Shown here: one piece after another, positions 51,257-59,905 of the stretch
How positions within the stretch are numbered: the stretch's first letter is position 1
Layout of the letters: each line of letters opens with the position of its first letter
Source: a virus
IMG/VR virus record: IMGVR_UViG_3300044816_000098
Span: 1 to 64,000 of that record
Direction: 5' to 3' (one strand)
DNA: 64,000 bases
Made by a program: the position numbers and the translations under genes
The notes under the pieces: generated by a model
What the model was told of the DNA's origin: nothing
Databases searched by the model: none
The model's input: only the letters and a program-made list of their open reading frames with translations

Positions 51257-53348
51257 ATGACGGCACCACTCGCCCCCTCGAAGCCGTGTACCTCCTGCGG
51301 GTCCCCCAGGACCAAGCAGACCGAGTTCCGGCCGCCGGTGACCTCTCACGGCTCCTGTGACGCGAGCTGCACCAAGACCGGCACGTTCTGCCTGAACTGC
51401 CGGACGCTCAAGCAGGGAAGTGAATGAATGGGTACTAGCTGGAACTCCGAGGGCCAGATCATCATCGACCCGCCGCTGAACCTCGCGCAGATCAAGGCGT
51501 TCCGTAAGGACTGCTTCGCGCAGCTCCGGCCGGTCGACCTCCAGCGGCTCAACCGGGTCTTCCCGAACGGGGAGGCGGAGGAGCGGTTCAACATCGCCGA
51601 CTTCTTCGCCCTGACCCTGGAGATCGAGCAGGACGAGCGCGAGACGGACGAGGGGGTCCTCCAGATCAGCCGGGCCGTCTCCCTCATCCCCGCCTGCGCC
51701 AACGGAGGGGGATCCTCCTACCGGATGGGCGACCAGGTGGAGCGGGCATTCAAGATCTTCCCTGACAACTCCTTCACCGGCGAGATCGTCGCGGTGCGGG
51801 AGCAGAACGGCGGCGCGATCAAGATCACCGCCAAGGGCCGCAAGGTCGAAGAGGTCGCAGGCACCGTCCATGTCGTCTGGGCTGACGGGTCGGAGAGCAC
51901 CGACATCACCGACTTGTAGTACAAGGATCCCAGGAGTAAGTTCATGTCCAGGACGTCATTGCCGATGTACAGCTTCGACTCGAATACCGGTGTCGTGACC
52001 GTAAACAGCGGTGTGGGCTACCACAGCAGCCACATCACGTACACGGCGGACACCAACATCAACGCGTTCCAGCCGTCGTACCCCAGTCCTGCCGAGCAGG
52101 CCCCGAAGAAAGAAGAGGTCTCTATGCGCACCTACCAGATCGAGTTCAACAGTTCGAAGCCCAACGAGGTCGTCGAGGGCGTTCACCAGGTCGTCACAGA
52201 CAACGGCATGATCGCCTTCTACGGTGAGGACCGCCGGGTCCTGCGCTCCTTCCTGGTGACCGGCATCTTCGCCTACGGCGTCGTGGCCGACCCGGAGAAG
52301 CTCGTCGTCGGGAAGTACCTCTTCACGCTGCACCTGATCGACAACGCCACCAAGACGGTCGCGGCGGACACCTACGTGATCACCAAGAGCGGCGACGAGG
52401 GCAGCTCGGTCTACGAGTTCTTCACCTCGCTCTCCGAGCAGGGAACCAAGACCCGCAGCGAGCTGGCCATCCCGTACGGTGCGGTCAAGTACGTCGAGCG
52501 CGTCGACCCGGAGAAGGCCCAGACCGCCGCCGTGGACTCGCCGAGGACCGGCGGTCGTCTCATGGACACCGAGGACTACGGCGACGCCGCCCGGCCCCCG
52601 GCCAAGCGCTAGTCCCTACCCCCTGCACGATGCGGGCCGGTACCCATCCCGGGTACCGGCCCGCCGTGCGTCTGAGAGGAGCACACATGGCCGTGTTCAG
52701 CCGCAGAGAAGAGGTCTCCCGCAAGGTGATCTTCTTCGTTCTGTCGCCGACCAACTTCGCCGAGTTCGACAAGGCCATGACGGCCGCGACCCGGGAACTC
52801 TCCGAGAAGAGGAAGAGCCTCTTCGACGACTCGTTGGCGGTCGAGGCTCATGATGATGAGATCCACATCTCCTACACGGAGAAGGTGGATCTTCCGGCGC
52901 CCAAGTCGCAGGGCCAGATTATGAAGGAGGCGGAGGAGGCCGCTCAGCTCGACTCGGTGATCTTCCATATCTACTTCGCCAGCGGCAAGTGGAAGAAGCG
53001 GACCGAGAGCCTGAGCGACCGGGACAAGGAAGCTGCCGCGCAGGCGGTGGAGCGGCACATCGACACGATGCGCAACCACCTGTACGACAACGCCGGAAGG
53101 ATCCACCAGGACACCGTGCTGGACAACCCCGACGTCATGGAGCAGAACCTCCGCTGGTGGGAGCCGGAGGTATGAGGCGCCTGATCGCCCGCTTCTGGTA
53201 CGAGCGCCGGAACCGCTGTCCCTGGGCGTGCAACGAGATGCACACCGAGACGGGCTTCTGTCTGATCGCCCAGCAGCGCGAGCGGGATAAGCGGGTCTCG
53301 GTCCTCGAAGGGGCCCTGGAGTACATCAAGCGCAACAAGCTGTCCTGA
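51257..53348 (+). CDS. hypothetical genes (51257-51427, 51428-51919, 51944-52612, 52687-53175, 53172-53348)
   Basis: RBSs and GC3 bias; 51944 starts just after promoter 51914 and may be leaderless, or start at 52124. Confidence 0.6.
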
Positions 53349-53411
53349 GCTTGTACTACTGCAATCGCAGGAGTAGAGTTCCCGCATCACCTGACTCCCC
53401 TGGAGGAAGAC

Positions 53412-53945
53412 ATGAAGAGAGCATTCGACTTCTGGGCCGCATCCGACCTTGCGGCCAAGGGCCATGAAGGCCAGATCGACAAGCTGGGGGTGCCGTACAT
53501 ACAGCACCCTCGTGAGGTCGCCCTCGGTGTCCTCCAGTTCGGGGAGGACCATGGCATCGTCGCCCTCCTGCATGACCTCGTGGAGGACACAGAGATCACC
53601 CTGGAGGATCTGCGCCAGATGGGCCTGTCGGCGCCCTGCACAGTGGCTGTGGGCCTCCTGACGAAGGAGAAGGGGGAGCGGTCCCAGGACTACCTGATGC
53701 GGATCGCGGCGTACCCCATGGCCTGCCGGGTGAAGATCGCGGACAACGCGCACAACACCCTGCCGGAGCGGACGGCCAAGCTGGCTGAGACGGCGGACCA
53801 GGCGACGATCGACCGGCTCGGGCGCAAGTACCGGCAGGCCCAGGACATCCTGTGGGCCGCGATGCCGTACACCGAGGTCAAGGCCATCCTGAAGGTCATG
53901 AACCCGGACCTGATCGAGCGCCTGCGTGAGGTGTCGTTCCGGTGA
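53412..53945 (+). CDS. HD-domain hydrolase, (p)ppGpp hydrolase (Mesh1/SAH)-like
   Basis: HEGQ.DK.GVPYIQHP, ALLHDLVEDT, VKIADNAHN. Confidence 0.85.
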   Translation: MKRAFDFWAASDLAAKGHEGQIDKLGVPYIQHPREVALGVLQFGEDHGIVALLHDLVEDTEITLEDLRQMGLSAPCTVAVGLLTKEKGERSQDYLMRIAAYPMACRVKIADNAHNTLPERTAKLAETADQATIDRLGRKYRQAQDILWAAMPYTEVKAILKVMNPDLIERLREVSFR

Positions 53946-54134
53946 GCAGGCGGGCGTGGGCCTTTGCCCTGAGCTTCAGTCTGCTGATCTGGGGCAGCAT
54001 AGGGGCCCTGATCTGCGCGTTCGTGTGAGCCATGGAGCCCCCGGAGAAATCCGGGGGCTCCTGCTTGTACTCCGGCAATTGCAGGAGTAGAGTCTCTCTT
54101 GTCACCAAGGAACACCGACTCTCCGGAGGTCCCC

Positions 54135-54446
54135 ATGGCTCTCAGCTCCTTGAACCGCACCCGCGTCATCGCCGCCATGAAGGCGAAGGTCCCCTTCGAG
54201 TACTCGTCCATCTCCGGATGGACGGCGAGGGGTGACGGAGACCTGCGGACCGGCGACCTGCCGGAGCCCTACCTCCAGATGCTGCTGAGCGCGGACAAGG
54301 CGGGAGAGGTGGAGTTCGTGGTCATGTCGTACCGCACGCCGATCGCCTGGATCCTGAAGAACGGCCTCGTCATGGTCCCGGAGGTCACCTACTCCTTCAC
54401 CACGAGCCAGCACCAGCGGATCGTGGAAGAGACCCTCTGCCGGTAG
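54135..54446 (+). CDS. hypothetical actinophage protein
   Basis: VMSYRTPIAW...YSFTTSQHQ; promoter and RBS motif. Confidence 0.75.
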   Translation: MALSSLNRTRVIAAMKAKVPFEYSSISGWTARGDGDLRTGDLPEPYLQMLLSADKAGEVEFVVMSYRTPIAWILKNGLVMVPEVTYSFTTSQHQRIVEETLCR

Positions 54447-54514
54447 AGCTTGTACTCCTGCGATCCTTGTAGTAGCGTCTTCTCCAACAGCACAATGACT
54501 CCCCGGAGGCTCAC

Positions 54515-55129
54515 ATGACGAACATCAACGAATGCCGCGACCGGCTCCGCAATCTGGCCGCCCAGCTCATCGACGCGGACGGCACCTCCACCGCAGCCCT
54601 CGTCCAGGCGGCCGTTGCCCTGGAAGAGGCCATGGTCGAGCAGGAGGAGTCCACGGCCTACCGCCGGTTGCAGGAGTTCCTCCGCCAGCACCAGGTGGCC
54701 AAAGCCCAGTACCTGAACCGCAAGCGGGACTTCTCGCCGGGCGCCCAGGACGACCAGATCCACGTCCTGCACCATGACAAGTACGTCGGTGCCGTCTCGC
54801 TGCGTTACTCCGACCTGGAAGAAGTGGTCGGCATCTCGCAGCGGGACACCAAGGCCGAGTACTACGGCCTCCAGCGGCAGCGGCTGGCGAAGGTCCTGGC
54901 GGCCAACCCCAGGCTGACGGACAAGCAGAAGCTCGCGCTGGAGATGGTGGCCGAGGGCAAGGTCACGTACATGTACGGCGTCCGGGACCACCGCCGGTCC
55001 TTCAACGGGCTGGACCAGAGCGGAGTCTCCGCCCAGACCATCACGGGCCTGGAGACGCGAGGCATCCTGACCACGATGTCCGATCACTCCCACTCGGGCC
55101 ACATGAGCATCGCCCGGGTCAAGAGCTGA
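54515..55129 (+). CDS. hypothetical protein
   Basis: Promoter 54450 and RBS motif. Confidence 0.75.
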   Translation: MTNINECRDRLRNLAAQLIDADGTSTAALVQAAVALEEAMVEQEESTAYRRLQEFLRQHQVAKAQYLNRKRDFSPGAQDDQIHVLHHDKYVGAVSLRYSDLEEVVGISQRDTKAEYYGLQRQRLAKVLAANPRLTDKQKLALEMVAEGKVTYMYGVRDHRRSFNGLDQSGVSAQTITGLETRGILTTMSDHSHSGHMSIARVKS

Positions 55130-55277
55130 TGGCCAACCTCTCCGAGGTCGACAGGGCGGCGCAGGTCCACCAAGAGGAACTGCGCCGTCTTGTCCAGGAC
55201 CCCACACCCGAAGCCGCCGCTGATCTGTTGGAGCAGTGGGACGGCTACTACAACCGCGAAGACGCCTGGAGGGCGAA

Positions 55278-55972
55278 ATGACGATGACCCGTGAGCAGTT
55301 CATGGCGGACATGCGGCACCAGTGGATGAACCGGATGGATCCGCACAAGTTCCAGGGCTTCGAGGGGGACGAGTACAACGCGTGGCTGGAGCACCGGCAC
55401 GCCTGGCCGATCGACGAGGACGGGCGCTGTGCCCCCTCGGTGGTCCTGTCGATGCAGGACGGGGGAGGGGACTTCTCGGCCGAGGAGTGCACGGTCTGCA
55501 TGCGCCTGGCGGACCTGTACCGCATCTACACCAGCGGCCACAAGGAGGAGTGTCTCGACCAGCAGGCGGGGGAGATCACGATCACGCGGCTGGGAGACGA
55601 CTCGGTCGCCTTTCACTTCCCCAACGGCGTGGGGGACCTCGCGCCCCCGGTGGACCTGGTGCTGAGCAAGACCGAGTACGACGTGTTCAACCGCGCCCAC
55701 ACCCGCTTCCTGCGCACGGACGCGCTGATGCTGACCAAGGCACTCGTGGGCGAGGTCCGCAAGGGCTTCAAGCAGTTGTGGGCGGAGGGCAAGTGACCGA
55801 CGTGCCCCAGGACGGCGACGTTCTCTCGCTCACCCTCACCTACGACATCTTCGATGAGGTGGACGGCGAGTTCCGCGAGGTCGAGTACAGCGTCGAGGCC
55901 ACCCGCCAGGGCCTCGTCAGGGTCCTCCAGGCCATGGACGAGGCCAATGACGAGGAGGGGGCTGATGCCTGA
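55278..55972 (+). CDS. two hypothetical genes (55278-55796, 55793-55972)
   Basis: GGAGG RBS; GTGA overlap. Confidence 0.6.
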
Positions 55973-56192
55973 GCCCATGAGGCCCTTCGGGGTCATCCTG
56001 ACGGAGCTGGTCGACGTGACCGAGCAGCTCAACGAGCTGAAGGCCCGGCACAGGGCGCTGGTCATCGAGGCGGACGAGCACGTGGTGGCCTTCGCGCCCG
56101 GGGCGACCCGGGCGAAGATCGCTGTCTTCGCAGATCTGTACCCCAGCACGATGTACCGCTGGTTGAAGAGTGCGGGGCACCCCGTCACCTAG
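55965..56192 (+). CDS. small HTH protein
   Basis: ATRAKIAVFADLYPSTMYRWLK HTH pattern; GGAGG RBS. Confidence 0.6.
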   Translation: MPEPMRPFGVILTELVDVTEQLNELKARHRALVIEADEHVVAFAPGATRAKIAVFADLYPSTMYRWLKSAGHPVT

Positions 56193-56263
56193 GGGTTGTA
56201 CTCCAGGAATTCCCGTAGTAGCGTTCCACCTGCCAGAGAAACACCGACTCCAAGGAGGCCCAC

Positions 56264-56848
56264 ATGGGTAATCAGCTCAAGGTCCAGCTCACCCTCACCG
56301 GCACCGCACCGATCCTCATGCACAACGCGCGGCTGGCGGACCCGCTGGACAGCTACACCAAAATGCTCAAGGTGGTGTCATCCAAGCGGACCAAGACCGA
56401 CGACGACCACGAGGAGATGGCCCGCGTCGAGTTCCTTGGGGGCCTGTACTGCGACGACGTCATGGGTCCGTACATCCCGGGCGTCAACCTCCACCAGTGC
56501 CTGATCGAGGGAGCCAAGCTCACCCGGCGCGGTCGGCACGTGGAGCGCGGCGTGGTGGTCATGGAGGAACAGCTCCTCCTCGCATACAGCGGCCCCCGCA
56601 CGCCGGACGAGCTGTACGCGGACAAAAACTTCCGCTCGCGGCTCTCGGTGGGTGTCACCACCTCCCGCGTCATGCGGACCCGCCCGAAGTTCTCCTCGTG
56701 GGCCCTGGAGGCCAACCTCGTCGTGGACACCGGGCAGCTCGACCTCAACGACATCAACGAGATCAGCGAGACGGCCGGGATGATGATCGGCCTGGGCGAC
56801 TACCGCCCGCGCTACGGCCGGTTCGATGTCGTGGTGACGGAACTCTGA
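56264..56848 (+). CDS. stand-alone RAMP/Cas7-like RNA-binding protein (candidate Vipr-like effector)
   Basis: N-terminal strand LTLTGTAPILMHN, PYIPG..L, RTRPKF..W, C-terminal Gly-rich loop IGLGDYRPRYGRF; own promoter; array begins right after the stop codon. Confidence 0.75.
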   Translation: MGNQLKVQLTLTGTAPILMHNARLADPLDSYTKMLKVVSSKRTKTDDDHEEMARVEFLGGLYCDDVMGPYIPGVNLHQCLIEGAKLTRRGRHVERGVVVMEEQLLLAYSGPRTPDELYADKNFRSRLSVGVTTSRVMRTRPKFSSWALEANLVVDTGQLDLNDINEISETAGMMIGLGDYRPRYGRFDVVVTEL

Positions 56849-57279
56849 CGTTCAGGGCAAGGCATGGCAAGGCTCGGTAGAGCTGGGCCAGGCTGGTCAA
56901 GGCAGGGTTCCCCATCAGGGCTTCACGGCGCTAGTGGGGGCGTTCAAGGCGGGGCGTGGCAAGGCACGGTACGGCACGGCGGGGCAAGGCAGGGTTCCCC
57001 TTCAGGATTTAAAAGTCCTGGAGGGGGCGCTCTGGGCGAGGCTTGACGGGGCTGGGTATGGCCAGGTCTGGCGGGGAAAGGCAAGGCAGGGTTCCCCTCC
57101 TCAGGATCACACCTGAGGAGGGGGCTTTGAGGCGGGGCATGGGCAGGACCAGGCGGGGCGCGGTGTGGCCGTGTAGGGCACGGCGTGGCAGGGTTCTTCT
57201 CCCTCTGGGTCAGACCAGGGGAGAGGGCAATCAAGGCGCGGCACGGCGCGGTTAGGCAAGGCAAGGCATGGCAGGGATC
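56849..57279 (+). ncRNA. array 1: five (GGY-NN)n units, the first four closed by hairpins (candidate guide RNAs)
   Basis: 5-nt periodicity with variable NN, conserved end GGCAG-GGTTC, then GC hairpin and CGTTCA-like linker. Confidence 0.8.
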
Positions 57280-57302
57280 ACCACCGACTCACAGGAGGAA
57301 CG

Positions 57303-57881
57303 ATGAAGAAGTTCGAGGCCGAGGACCAACAGCCTCGGTGGGCACGGGTCTACAACGGCATCCGCGCCCTGAAGACCGGTGAGGCGGCCACCTATCACCA
57401 GCTCAGCGAGTGGGCAGGGGTGGATGTCACCGGGACCAACAGGGCCTGCGTCTACGAGGCGATCCGGTTCTTGCAGCGCAAGGACCACCGGACGCTCGCC
57501 TGTATCCCCACGGTGGGCTACATGGTGGTTCCGGCCAGTGCTCACGAGGATCTCGCCAAGAAGCACAACAAGAAGGCGGGTCGTCAGCTCCGCGAGGCCA
57601 TCGGCAAGGTCCAGTCGGCTGACCGGAACTACCTGACCCCGGCCGAGGCCCGGCGGATGGATTCCATGGAGGTGGACCTCTCCCGGCAGAGGCACATGAT
57701 CATCGGCCTGAGTCGGCGACTCGACAGGACCGAGACCGCCATCAAGGAGGCCCGCCAGCGCGACCGCGAGGCCAAGGGCACCATCGCTCAGCTCTCCGAG
57801 GAGAAGGACGCTCTGGCCACCGAGGTGCGCGAGCGCCTGGCGCGCCTGGAGCAGGTCCTCCTGGACCGCACGGCGGCCTGA
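57303..57881 (+). CDS. winged-HTH-like plus coiled-coil protein embedded between the arrays
   Basis: GACTCACAGGAGG RBS; ATYHQLSEWAGVD...IPTVGYMVV; heptad C-terminus. Confidence 0.7.
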   Translation: MKKFEAEDQQPRWARVYNGIRALKTGEAATYHQLSEWAGVDVTGTNRACVYEAIRFLQRKDHRTLACIPTVGYMVVPASAHEDLAKKHNKKAGRQLREAIGKVQSADRNYLTPAEARRMDSMEVDLSRQRHMIIGLSRRLDRTETAIKEARQRDREAKGTIAQLSEEKDALATEVRERLARLEQVLLDRTAA

Positions 57882-57896
57882 TCCCCAGACTTCTTG

Positions 57897-58136
57897 GGCA
57901 CGGCTCGGCTCGGTAGGGCCAGGCGTGGCACGGCAAGGCGCGGCAGGGTTCCCGCCCTGGGGATCACACCTCAGGGCGGGGCGTTCCGTGGCAAGGCAAC
58001 GCAAGGCGGGCCGGGGCGCGGTGGGGCAAGGTACGGCTTGGCATGGCGAGGTTCCCCACCAGCACTTCACGGTGCTGGTGGGGGCGTTCAGGGTTAGGCA
58101 GGGCTGGGCTGGACAAGGTAAGGCAGGACATGGGAG
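57897..58136 (+). ncRNA. array 2: three (GGY-NN)n units
   Basis: Same unit grammar as array 1. Confidence 0.8.
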
Positions 58137-58173
58137 GAGACCCCGCAGGTCAGATGACTTGCGGGGTCTCTTC
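58137..58173 (+). terminator. hairpin closing the RAMP/array transcription unit
   Basis: GAGACCCCGCAGGTC...GACTTGCGGGGTCTC TTC, immediately before promoter 58185. Confidence 0.65.
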
Positions 58174-58254
58174 ATGCAGCGGGGTTGTACTCCTGCAATC
58201 CTTGTAGTAGCTTTCTCTTATCACCATGAACCACTGACTCCCCTGGAGGGTCAT

Positions 58255-58914
58255 ATGCAGGACGAGAACCCCATCGAGGCGGAGCAGCGCAGGCGCCAGG
58301 AGGCCCTGGACCAGGCGTGTGCTGACCGGTACCTCGCCATGCTGGAGGTCGAGCACGGGGACACCTTCCGGGAGGCCGTCAAAGAGGGTGAGGAGTACGA
58401 GCGCCGGAAGGAGGAGCTTCGCGCCCACATCCTGAAGACGTACGACGTGGGCGATTTCAACCAGGAGAACCTGCATGGTGATCCGCCTGCGCTCACTCCG
58501 GAACAGGCCGAGAAGCTCCAGAAGGCGGCCAAGCGGGTGGCGGATACAGCCCGCAAGCACCTGTATGAGCAGACGCTCTCTCCGGAGGAAATCCGGGAGG
58601 ACTTCGTTCCCCGCATCGGTGGCTGGACGCCCGGCAGGCACAAGCCGGAGACCCACGAGGGCCTGCTCTTCGAGCTGGAGGCGGAGCGGGCCATGTTCCT
58701 CGGCAAGGGCGCGCCCAAGGATCCGGACCCCGACCTCCAGGCCCTGCACCAGGAGCTGCATCAGCTCCACGTGACCTACCAGCGCACGGGGGACCGCTCC
58801 CTGTTGCTCCCGATCGCAGACCTGACCGCGCGGTACAACGCGCTGATCAAGCCGAAGCCCCGGATGGACAAGCCGAAGAACCCCAACCCCTTCCCCCGCT
58901 TCACCGTCGACTAG
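58255..58914 (+). CDS. hypothetical protein
   Basis: Promoter 58185 and RBS motif. Confidence 0.7.
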   Translation: MQDENPIEAEQRRRQEALDQACADRYLAMLEVEHGDTFREAVKEGEEYERRKEELRAHILKTYDVGDFNQENLHGDPPALTPEQAEKLQKAAKRVADTARKHLYEQTLSPEEIREDFVPRIGGWTPGRHKPETHEGLLFELEAERAMFLGKGAPKDPDPDLQALHQELHQLHVTYQRTGDRSLLLPIADLTARYNALIKPKPRMDKPKNPNPFPRFTVD

Positions 58915-58949
58915 ACCCCATCACGCTCAACGACTCCCTGGAGGTCTCC

Positions 58950-59417
58950 ATGGACCCTCTCGTCCTCCCCGTCGCCCTCGGTGCCGGGATCCCGTCCTAC
59001 CTCGTCGTAGGCGCCCTCACAGCTCGCCGCGCCTACCGCCAGATGTCCGCCGAGTGGTACGAGGAAATGATCCAGAAGTGCCTGACGAAGTGGCGCTGCA
59101 CGGAGATCTCCGCAGAGGGCATGCAGAAGATCGACGACACCTTCCGGGACGACGGATCCACGGAGGCGGTCTTCGGAGCCCTGCTCTCGGGAGCCCTGTG
59201 GCCGATCACCTGGGTGTGGGGCTTCATCTTCGGCACCCGCATCCCGACCGGCCTGGAGGCGGACACCCGCAAGGCGGTGGAGAACGCCGAACTGCGCAGG
59301 AAGATCCAGCGCCTGGAGCGGGAGGTGGACGACGACCTCCAGGACCAGCTCTCCACGGCGGAGGCTGCCCGTCAGGCCGCCCGCAAGGCCCAGCGCAAGG
59401 CCCTTCGCGACAACTGA
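58950..59417 (+). CDS. membrane protein, paralog 1
   Basis: 2 TM plus coiled coil; RBS motif. Confidence 0.7.
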   Translation: MDPLVLPVALGAGIPSYLVVGALTARRAYRQMSAEWYEEMIQKCLTKWRCTEISAEGMQKIDDTFRDDGSTEAVFGALLSGALWPITWVWGFIFGTRIPTGLEADTRKAVENAELRRKIQRLEREVDDDLQDQLSTAEAARQAARKAQRKALRDN

Positions 59418-59455
59418 CCACATCCCGCATACCCATGACTCCCCAGGAGGCATCC

Positions 59456-59905
59456 ATGTTCATCCATCTCGACCTGTTCACCCTGACGACCGTGCTACCG
59501 GCCTATGCCGCTGTCGGCACGGTCTACGCCCGGATCCACTACCGGGCCCAGGTCCGCAAGTACTACGCCGCCGCCGTCCAGGCGTGGAAGGACAAGAACG
59601 GCGGCCAGGACATGACCCCCGCCGGGATGCAGCAGATCGACACGGGCTTCCACAGCGTGGGCCAGAAGAAGCTTTCCGGCATCGCCTTCGACAAGGGCAT
59701 CTTCTGGCCGGTCGCCCTGGTGGGCTCCTTCATCTACTCCACCCCCAAGGCGGAGGGGGCCGAGGCCGACGCCCGCAAGGAGGTCGAGAACGCCCGGCTC
59801 CGCAAGAAGATCGAGCACATGGAGGCGGTCATGGAGAAGGAGGCCCAGGATCGCTTGGCCATCCTGGAGGCCGACGACGGCAAGAAGGGCTGGGACATTG
59901 TTTGA
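59456..59905 (+). CDS. membrane protein, paralog 2
   Basis: Shares WP...G.FI...EAD.RK.VENA.LR.KI with paralog 1. Confidence 0.7.
   Translation: MFIHLDLFTLTTVLPAYAAVGTVYARIHYRAQVRKYYAAAVQAWKDKNGGQDMTPAGMQQIDTGFHSVGQKKLSGIAFDKGIFWPVALVGSFIYSTPKAEGAEADARKEVENARLRKKIEHMEAVMEKEAQDRLAILEADDGKKGWDIV

Noticed and set aside
57897-57946. Unit 6 dinucleotides joined without gaps have a reverse complement containing GCTTGTACTGCTG, a 12/13 match to the promoter start GCTTGTACTCCTG
   Set aside because: The match is short, does not extend over the rest of the unit and disappears under a one-base-gap reading; probably chance, though cheap to test.
56849-58136. Canonical CRISPR array, simple microsatellite or G-quadruplex tract
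   Set aside because: No identical 25-40 nt repeats with unique spacers and no cas1/cas2. The variable NN within a fixed GGY frame and the regular hairpins are not explained by slippage; G4 formation is possible but does not explain the unit grammar.
56864-58175. Short Gly/Arg/Ala-rich ORFs across the arrays (56864, 56934, 57043, 57185, 57894, the 5' part of 57925, and minus-strand 56944 and 57252)
   Set aside because: Translations of the 5-nt periodic repeat with no RBS; a period of 5 does not fit codon structure.
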